64,000 nucleotides of DNA from a virus: positions 58,381 to 122,380 of the IMG/VR virus record IMGVR_UViG_3300035180_001452; one strand, written 5' to 3'. The notes under the pieces were generated by a model that searched no databases, was not told where the DNA came from, and was given only the letters and a program-made list of their open reading frames with translations. Both the position numbers and the translations under genes were made by a program. Positions 57,543-64,000 of this stretch are shown here, one piece after another (within the stretch, counting starts at the first letter, position 1; the number at the start of each line of letters is the position of its first letter).

Positions 57543-57935
57543 ATGGCAATCACTGCATCGATGGATGGTCGTCTCTATTCTATGGAGAAGAAGACCAGTA
57601 AGGGAGGCCGCGAGTATGTTACAGCGGTTCTCCGAGATTCTGTAAAGGATCAGGAAGGTAATTGGACTAGCAGGTTTGTTAATATTGTTGCCTTTGGCTC
57701 GGATGCTGAGTACATTGCTAGCCAGCCAGAAGGTACATCTCTTATCGTAGATGGTCCTTTCAGCATGGAAGTACGAAAGGATAAAGACGGTAACTTCTCC
57801 CCGAGGGGAAAGATTGTTGTAAGCATGGTTAGGCGTCCTGAAACCTCCAGGGTTAAGGATAATGTTGAGCCTAACGAGGTAGTAGAAGATTCGCCTGTTG
57901 CTGTTGCAGTAGAGTCAGAGAATCCGTTTAATTAA
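57543..57935 (+). CDS. ssb: Single-stranded DNA-binding protein
   Basis: OB-fold pattern GRL...F.NIVAFG..AE...G..LIVDG; acidic tail ending NPFN. Confidence 0.8.
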   Translation: MAITASMDGRLYSMEKKTSKGGREYVTAVLRDSVKDQEGNWTSRFVNIVAFGSDAEYIASQPEGTSLIVDGPFSMEVRKDKDGNFSPRGKIVVSMVRRPETSRVKDNVEPNEVVEDSPVAVAVESENPFN

Positions 57936-57945
57936 TATACTAATT

Positions 57946-57969
57946 GGTGGGAGCCATAAGGCTCCCACC
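57946..57969. terminator. Hairpin (terminator-like) after ssb
   Basis: ggtgggagcc-ataa-ggctcccacc. Confidence 0.5.
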
Positions 57970-57999
57970 CCATACTCCAGTATTGAGGTCGCTAAAAAG

Positions 58000-60900
58000 A
58001 TGACTATAGAGCAGCTATCAGATTCTTCCTATCAAGTTCTTAAGAGGGATGGTAGAACAGAAAGCTTAAATGCAGACAAGATTTATACTGCTATTTTTAA
58101 ATGCTTCAATGCCTGTGGAGTTGACTCTTCTTCTGAAGAAGTTAACTCTATCGTTGCTAAAGTAGTTAATAAGATTAATAATACCCCTACTCATGTTGAA
58201 GATATTCAGGATATAGTTGAACAAACTCTTATCGAGACTGGATATGTAGAAGCCGCTAGAAAGTACATGAGATATAGGGATTATAAAAATAGTATTAGAG
58301 AACGTAAGCCATTAAATTCTGAAGATAAGGATAAGATTGTTAGTAATAGAGCGTTCTTTAAGAACGATCTGGCCGAGTTTGTCTACTTCTCCCGGTATGC
58401 TAGATGGAGAGACGACCTTGGTAGAAGAGAGGTTTGGGAAGAATCAGTAGACAGGCTAGTAGACTACTACATTAAGCGGACTGAGGCTAAGCTACCATCT
58501 AACTACTATGAAGAAGTAAGACAGGCTATAAAGAGCATGGAAGTTCTTCCTTCCATGAGAGCTATGGCTATGGCTGGTCCTGCCACAGATAAGACGGACC
58601 TGTCAATCTATAACTGTAGCTTTATTAATATAGATAGTATTGATTCTTTAGTAGAATTACTATATGTATTAATGGCAGGATGTGGAGCTGGCTACTCGGT
58701 CGAGCTCTACTACTGTACAGATAAAGTTCCCCGTGTTAGAATGCAAAAGAAAGAAGCCCCTCAAACATTTGTTATTCCCGATACTACTGAAGGTTGGGCA
58801 GATGCTTTTAAGCTTGGTCTAGAGAGCTGGTTCTCCGGTAAAGATGTTGTATTTGATTACTCACAGATTAGACCGGCTGGTAGTAAGCTAAAGACTAAGG
58901 GTGGTTATGCTTCTGGTCCTGAGCCTTTAAAGAATCTACTTGACTTTTCTAGAGAAGTAATTCTTAGCCATCAGGGTCAAAAGCTATCTCCAATCGATCT
59001 TCATGATATAGCCTGTATGGTAGGCTATGTGGTTGTAAGTGGTGGTGTTAGAAGGTGCCTTCCTAAAGGAACTAAGGTAGAAACTAACAATGGCACTAAG
59101 CTGATAGAGGATATCCAGGTAGGAGACTTAGTACTTACCGGAGAGGGTTCCTACAAGCCGGTGGTTAATAAGTTCGACCAGGGTATGCAGTACGTTTTGC
59201 ACTTCTTGTTAGAAGAAGGTATGGTCTTTTCTTGTACGGGTAATCATAGGCTAGCCGTTTCCTCTGATAATGGCTATACTTGGGTACGAGCAAGAGATCT
59301 AAAGAATGAATATGATGTTAATGGTACTTGTGTTAAGTACTTAGTATCTGTAGAGAAGACAGATACCGGAACAATACTATCTCCTGTAGGTATTGTTAAT
59401 ATAATTGATAGCCTAGACTATCATCAAACCTATGACCTGGAGGTACAAGATGACCATTGCTTTGTAGCTAATGGTGTGCTTGTACATAACAGTGCAGAAA
59501 TCTCTCTTAGTGATTTGTTTGATACTGAAATGAGATACGCTAAGGATGGTCAGTTCTGGACTAAGCATCCTTATAGATCTATGTCTAATAACTCTGCAGT
59601 TTATGAAGAAAGACCTACTGCTGTAGAGTTTATGGAAGAATGGCTTTCTCTAGCTAAGTCTGGTTCTGGAGAAAGAGGTATTTTTAATAGGCAGGCTGCT
59701 ATAAAATGTAGGCCTAAGAGGAGAAAGTCTGCTAGGTTTGGAACCAACCCGTCCCTTAGGGCAGGTACGCTAGTACGCACTAAGAATGGTATCTATCCTA
59801 TAGAAAGTCTAGAAGGAAGAACATTTGAGGTTCCTAATCTTAATGGTCAATGGAGCGAGGCAGAGTGTTTCCTCTCCGGTAATAAGCAGCTATACGAAGT
59901 AAAGCTTAATAATGGTAGAAGCTACTTCTGTACAGCTGAGCACAAATGGCCAGTTGTTGGATTAGATAAGGTAACTACTACAGAGCTTAAGCCTGGTATG
60001 AAGCTACCAACGCTTAAGTTTACAGAGATTAGTTCAGATAAGCCTTCGTCTAAGAACAATCTACATGGAACCTATAACGAAGGGTTCGCCTCCGGTATAT
60101 ATTATAAGCTTCGTGGAGTACCAAAAGGAATATATACTGATCTATCAGAGGACTTTCGTAAGGGATTTGTAAGTGGTGCCTTTAACCTACTAGGAAGAGT
60201 ATCTACAGAAGGTTTGTCCATAGTAGCTGACTCTGACAAGATAGACGATATTCAGAATCTACTTGGCTTCTATGGTGTACTTACTGTATCAAGTTCGCAT
60301 CCTGATAAGGAACAATTTAAAGTTCTTACTGTTCAGAATCCTAGCCATTTCCTTAGTTGTTTTACAGTAAGAAATGAAGAACTACTGGAAGATATAAAGA
60401 AGCTAAAGGATAATGACTTTAGTATAGAAGTAGTAGAGGTAGTTCCTACTGATCTAGTAGAAGATGTTTGGGACATATCAGTGTACGATGATACCCACTG
60501 CTTCCAGCTAGCATACAGTATGACTGGTAACTGTGGAGAGATTATCTTACGATCAAAGGAGCTATGTAACCTCAGTGAGGTAGTAGCTAGACCTGATGAT
60601 ACAAGAGAGACTCTTCTTGAAAAGGTTAGATTAGCTACTATAATCGGAACTATTCAGGCTACCTTTACAAACTTTCCATATCTATCTCCTGAGTGGAAGC
60701 AGAACTGTGAAGAGGAAAGACTTCTAGGTGTAAGTATTACCGGACAGATGGATTGTCCGCTGCTAAATGTTCTAATAAAAGATCCTAATAATAAAGAAGC
60801 ATTAGAGCTTGTAAAAGAACTAAAGCAGCAAGCTATCAAGACTAACGAAGAAGTTGCTGATATGCTTGGTATAAATCATAGTGCAGCTATTACATGTTGT

Positions 60901-61476
60901 AAGCCGAGTGGTACTGTTTCTCAGCTAGCAGATACTGCAAGCGGAGTACATCCAAGGTTTGCCAAGTACTATATTAGAAGAGTAAGGATTAATGCTAAAG
61001 ATCCTTTGTATCAACTAGCTAAAGACTGTGGTATCTCTTGTTATCCCGAGGTTGGTGAAACAGCAGAGAATTGTTCTACCTGGGTATTAGAGTTTCCTGT
61101 TAAGGCACCAGAAGGATGCATTACCAGGCATGATGTAAGTGCTATTAATCAGTTGGAATACTGGCTTAGATTAAAGAATACCTGGGCTGAACATAGTATA
61201 AGTTGTACTGTTTATGTAGACGATGACGAGTGGTTAGATGTAGGTAACTGGGTATACAATCACTTTGATAGTATCACAGGCCTATCATTCCTGCCCAAGA
61301 ACGATCACATCTATCAGCTTGCACCATATGAAGAGATATCGGAAGAGCAGTACCTTCAAATGGTATCTAAGACAGTGTCTATGGAATACTACAAGCTGTA
61401 TAGATACGAGAAAGAAGATACTACTGGTCTAATAAGAGAGTACGCCTGCACTGGCGATAAGTGCGAAATCTTGTGA
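58000..61476 (+). CDS. nrdJ: Class II (B12-dependent) ribonucleotide reductase with N-terminal ATP cone and two inteins
   Basis: ATP cone VLKRDG; YNCS, GGVRR|SA, TNP|CGE, KPSGTVS and HSISCTV motifs; C-terminal CxxxxC. Confidence 0.92.
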   Translation: MTIEQLSDSSYQVLKRDGRTESLNADKIYTAIFKCFNACGVDSSSEEVNSIVAKVVNKINNTPTHVEDIQDIVEQTLIETGYVEAARKYMRYRDYKNSIRERKPLNSEDKDKIVSNRAFFKNDLAEFVYFSRYARWRDDLGRREVWEESVDRLVDYYIKRTEAKLPSNYYEEVRQAIKSMEVLPSMRAMAMAGPATDKTDLSIYNCSFINIDSIDSLVELLYVLMAGCGAGYSVELYYCTDKVPRVRMQKKEAPQTFVIPDTTEGWADAFKLGLESWFSGKDVVFDYSQIRPAGSKLKTKGGYASGPEPLKNLLDFSREVILSHQGQKLSPIDLHDIACMVGYVVVSGGVRRCLPKGTKVETNNGTKLIEDIQVGDLVLTGEGSYKPVVNKFDQGMQYVLHFLLEEGMVFSCTGNHRLAVSSDNGYTWVRARDLKNEYDVNGTCVKYLVSVEKTDTGTILSPVGIVNIIDSLDYHQTYDLEVQDDHCFVANGVLVHNSAEISLSDLFDTEMRYAKDGQFWTKHPYRSMSNNSAVYEERPTAVEFMEEWLSLAKSGSGERGIFNRQAAIKCRPKRRKSARFGTNPSLRAGTLVRTKNGIYPIESLEGRTFEVPNLNGQWSEAECFLSGNKQLYEVKLNNGRSYFCTAEHKWPVVGLDKVTTTELKPGMKLPTLKFTEISSDKPSSKNNLHGTYNEGFASGIYYKLRGVPKGIYTDLSEDFRKGFVSGAFNLLGRVSTEGLSIVADSDKIDDIQNLLGFYGVLTVSSSHPDKEQFKVLTVQNPSHFLSCFTVRNEELLEDIKKLKDNDFSIEVVEVVPTDLVEDVWDISVYDDTHCFQLAYSMTGNCGEIILRSKELCNLSEVVARPDDTRETLLEKVRLATIIGTIQATFTNFPYLSPEWKQNCEEERLLGVSITGQMDCPLLNVLIKDPNNKEALELVKELKQQAIKTNEEVADMLGINHSAAITCCKPSGTVSQLADTASGVHPRFAKYYIRRVRINAKDPLYQLAKDCGISCYPEVGETAENCSTWVLEFPVKAPEGCITRHDVSAINQLEYWLRLKNTWAEHSISCTVYVDDDEWLDVGNWVYNHFDSITGLSFLPKNDHIYQLAPYEEISEEQYLQMVSKTVSMEYYKLYRYEKEDTTGLIREYACTGDKCEIL
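59056..59490 (+). mobile_element. Mini-intein (145 aa) in RNR
   Basis: CLPKGT...CTGNH...TYDLEV...LVHN followed by Ser. Confidence 0.92.
59752..60531 (+). mobile_element. Intein (260 aa) in RNR, Ser-initiated and ending Gly-Asn
   Basis: SLRAGT...CTAEHKW...VWDISV...TGN followed by the catalytic Cys of NPCGE. Confidence 0.9.
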
Positions 61477-61479
61477 AAA

Positions 61480-61503
61480 GAGGGGAGCTTTATTGCTCCC
61501 CTC
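61480..61503 (+). terminator. Hairpin after RNR
   Basis: gaggggagc-tttatt-gctcccctc. Confidence 0.55.
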
Positions 61504-61523
61504 AAATTTAAGGAGGAAATCCA

Positions 61524-61721
61524 ATGGAAGTATTTAAGCTAGAAGGAAGGGATGTTATCATTAATTTTTCTGAATCTATCCCTCCTGTTAAGGCCACTGT
61601 TGTTTGGCACGATTCTGCATTTGTTGCAGTAATGACTTACGACTCTCAGACTTATATAGTTTATCCAGTACATAGAATCTGGGACATGGTTGTACTTCCA
61701 TCCTCATCTGGGGGAAATTAA
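61524..61721 (+). CDS. Small hypothetical protein (Sm/SH3-like beta fold possible)
   Basis: 65 aa; SD AAGGAGG. Confidence 0.55.
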   Translation: MEVFKLEGRDVIINFSESIPPVKATVVWHDSAFVAVMTYDSQTYIVYPVHRIWDMVVLPSSSGGN

Positions 61722-61722
61722 A

Positions 61723-61941
61723 ATGGGCGACAGTACTATACTATCTTATATTATTATGGGTATGTTTGCCGGGATTCTTGCTGGTACCATTCCACTTATC
61801 TATGGTGCTTCTAAGCAAAAGCTACAGCTTGGCTTCCTAGCATTTTTTGTTTGTGCAATTTCTGGAATGGTATTAGGACTTCTACTAGCAATTCCATTTG
61901 CTGCTTACTTTGTTTATATTATTTCTAAAGAGAGCTCTTAA
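61723..61941 (+). CDS. Small membrane protein
   Basis: Highly hydrophobic 72-aa ORF. Confidence 0.6.
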   Translation: MGDSTILSYIIMGMFAGILAGTIPLIYGASKQKLQLGFLAFFVCAISGMVLGLLLAIPFAAYFVYIISKESS

Positions 61942-62076
61942 TATAAAATAGGCCATAATTAAAATGGAGACATAAAATGTATCGGCCTACCTCTTGTTCC
62001 AGCAAAGATACAATCATTCCTATTAAGTTTTTTGGGAACGAGTTGGTAATCATTCCTATACTTAAGGATAAATCAG

Positions 62077-62718
62077 ATGTCTCTAGTACAACCGTACACT
62101 TGGGAGCAGTTGGAGAAGGAATGCAGGGCCTGCACAAAGTGCAAGATCTCAAAGAGCAGGAATAGCGTAGTCATTGGAGATGGTAATAAGAAGTCTCTTC
62201 TAATGATTGTTGGGGAATCTCCCGGTAAAGACGAAGATGCTCAAGGAATTCCCTTTGTTGGTAAAGCAGGTATTCTTTTAAACCAGGTATTAGAAAGTCA
62301 GGGTATTACCAGAGACTATGTATACCTAGCTAACATTACTAAGTGCAGACCATGGGAGTATGGTCCTACTGGCTTAAAGAAAAACCGTACTCCCTCGCAA
62401 GAAGAAATGGATGCTTGTCTTCCATTTCTAGATAAACAGGTAGAGCTTGTTAAGCCCCTGTTTATTTTATGTCTTGGTGCAGTGGCCGCAACAAATGTTA
62501 TTAATCCCGGACTTCAGATCTCTAAGTGCAGAGGGCTGATTTTTAACTCAAGATTTGGTATTCCTTCTATGGCTACCTTTCACCCCGCCTATGTAATTAG
62601 GAAATCAGGAAAGGATTATACGGAAGCATATAATTATCTATACTCAGACATTGCTAATGTTAAAGAACAGGTTAAACTAATTAGGAAAAAGCTAAAGGAA
62701 TCTGTGGGTTGTGCCTAA
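62077..62718 (+). CDS. Uracil-DNA glycosylase family 4 (Fe-S)
   Basis: CxxC, VGESPG..ED..G.PFVG, KCRP...NRTP and TFHPAY motifs. Confidence 0.93.
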   Translation: MSLVQPYTWEQLEKECRACTKCKISKSRNSVVIGDGNKKSLLMIVGESPGKDEDAQGIPFVGKAGILLNQVLESQGITRDYVYLANITKCRPWEYGPTGLKKNRTPSQEEMDACLPFLDKQVELVKPLFILCLGAVAATNVINPGLQISKCRGLIFNSRFGIPSMATFHPAYVIRKSGKDYTEAYNYLYSDIANVKEQVKLIRKKLKESVGCA

Positions 62719-62990
62719 CAGAAAACTCAGTGATAGCTAGCTGGAAAGAAAAGTTTGGAATTAATCTTCCAGTAGTAACTAAGAAAATATCTAGGAAAGA
62801 AGTTACCGGGGAAGATGGTCGACCCGGAGCTTCTCTTGTTGGCGTAGTCATAGAAAATGACTGCGCTATTATACTTCATACTAGGAAACTTACGGAAGAA
62901 GATATTGTACATGAGTTACTTCATGTAGCCCATCCTTCATGGACTGAAGAGGAGGTTGTTCTGGCTACTAAAAGATTTGTTGGAGGCTAA
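62709..62990 (+). CDS. Small zincin-like protein
   Basis: IVHELLH (HExxH) motif. Confidence 0.55.
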   Translation: MCLTENSVIASWKEKFGINLPVVTKKISRKEVTGEDGRPGASLVGVVIENDCAIILHTRKLTEEDIVHELLHVAHPSWTEEEVVLATKRFVGG

Positions 62991-62994
62991 GACC

Positions 62995-63312
62995 ATGCCT
63001 GATACTACTCCTATTAGAGTCCTTGACATTAAGTGGATTGAGAACTCTATCAAGAAAATATATGGTGTTAAAGGTGGAGATATACGTGAAGAACTAAGGT
63101 CAGAGATCAAGGATAATTTTGTATTTGATGTTAACAGGTCTAAACTATTACACTACCAGCTAGAATATTTAAACTCTATTAAACACAACCGAAGTGTTAG
63201 GTATATACTTGGGTATATACTTACAGATCTTTGTAACAGAAAGATGCTAGCCCCAGGAAAGTACATACTAGCGGAATCTAAGGATATGGGTATTCCTGAT
63301 GCCGACTATTAG
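62995..63312 (+). CDS. Hypothetical protein
   Basis: SD GGAGG upstream of ATG 62995. Confidence 0.55.
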   Translation: MPDTTPIRVLDIKWIENSIKKIYGVKGGDIREELRSEIKDNFVFDVNRSKLLHYQLEYLNSIKHNRSVRYILGYILTDLCNRKMLAPGKYILAESKDMGIPDADY

Positions 63313-64000
63313 TACCACAGCCTCGGGTTTAGTTCCTATCAGCCTTGACTTAAGCTCAATAGCTTTGAAAAGTATAATTACTAAGTCAGGGCTAAAATCC
63401 ACGGCTCTGGGTTCTATAAATACTAATTTAGCCCTAAAGGATAGAATATTAACTACCACTAATGGAGGAACCGTTTCAGGAAAGGTAGCTACAAAGCTAG
63501 ATTTAAGGGCTACAGCTTCAGGTAGTATAGCTACAAAGCTAGATTTAAGGGCTCCAGCTTCAGGTACTATAGCTACTAAGTTAACATCAAAAGCTACTTC
63601 CTCAGGTAGTATAGCTACCAATCTAGATTTAAGGGCTACAGCTTCAGGTAGTATAGCTACAAAGCTAGATTTAAGTGCTACAGCTTCAGGTAGTATAGCT
63701 ACTCAGCTAACCTTAGGCACTACTTCCTCAGGCAGTATAGCTACCAATCTAGATTTAAAAGCTACGGCTTCAGGAAGTATAGCTACAAATCTAGATTTAA
63801 ATGCTACGGCTTCAGGAAGTATAGCTACTAACCTTAGTTTATCTGTACAGTCTACATCCACAACTGTTTCAGGCACCATAGGTACTAACTTAGCCATTAG
63901 TACCACAGCCTCAGGCTTGGTACCTACTAGCCTTGATCTGAGCTCAACAGCTCAAGGAAGTATAGCCACTAGCTTAGCCCTAGCCAGTACTACTTCAGGC
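63299..64000 (+). CDS. Partial ORF with 13-aa tandem repeats (ATASGSIATxLDL), open to the window end; absent from the ORF track
   Basis: Frame from ATG 63299 reads MPTISTTASGLVP...ATASGSIATKLDLR... without a stop; 39-bp DNA periodicity from about 63470. Confidence 0.75.
   Translation, partial: MPTISTTASGLVPISLDLSSIALKSIITKSGLKSTALGSINTNLALKDRILTTTNGGTVSGKVATKLDLRATASGSIATKLDLRAPASGTIATKLTSKATSSGSIATNLDLRATASGSIATKLDLSATASGSIATQLTLGTTSSGSIATNLDLKATASGSIATNLDLNATASGSIATNLSLSVQSTSTTVSGTIGTNLAISTTASGLVPTSLDLSSTAQGSIATSLALASTTSG

Noticed and set aside
63268-63906. Minus-strand ORFs 63268..63621 and 63703..63906
   Set aside because: Antisense shadows of the open + strand repeat ORF
1-64000. Stop-codon reassignment (TAG is frequent)
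   Set aside because: Known genes are full length under the standard code and several end in TAG at sensible positions
1-64000. tRNA or rRNA genes
   Set aside because: No convincing cloverleaf or T-loop signature was noticed by eye; a tRNAscan-SE run would be needed to exclude them

Overview
The window is part of a large tailed (myovirus-type) phage genome with three compositional blocks. (1) About 1-25.8 kb, minus strand, AT-rich: a virion morphogenesis module with an intein-containing large terminase, portal, prohead protease/scaffold, decoration protein, HK97-type major capsid protein, neck proteins, two sheath-like and two tube-like proteins, and a papain-family peptidase. (2) About 25.9-40.55 kb, plus strand, visibly GC-richer. 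It holds a 7.7-kb array of about 15 small gene cassettes separated by conserved hairpin repeats: 20 copies of a GGGC-TAAC-GCCC hairpin, 15 copies of an ACATGAG-loop hairpin just before the RBS, stop codons buried in gene-specific hairpins, and five structured modules carrying an SD-led ATG-ACY-TGA (Met-Thr-stop) minigene. Downstream are two adjacent ORFs with the catalytic motifs of a very small, divergent two-barrel RNA polymerase (beta'-like RYP...GDCDGD; beta-like K-x7-K). (3) About 40.6-64 kb, plus strand, AT-rich: expanded paralogue families, three GT2-like glycosyltransferases, an intein-containing SF2 helicase, a RecA-like protein, SSB, a class II ribonucleotide reductase with two inteins, a family-4 UDG, and a 13-aa-repeat protein running off the window end. 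All calls come from motif reading by eye; no searches were run.
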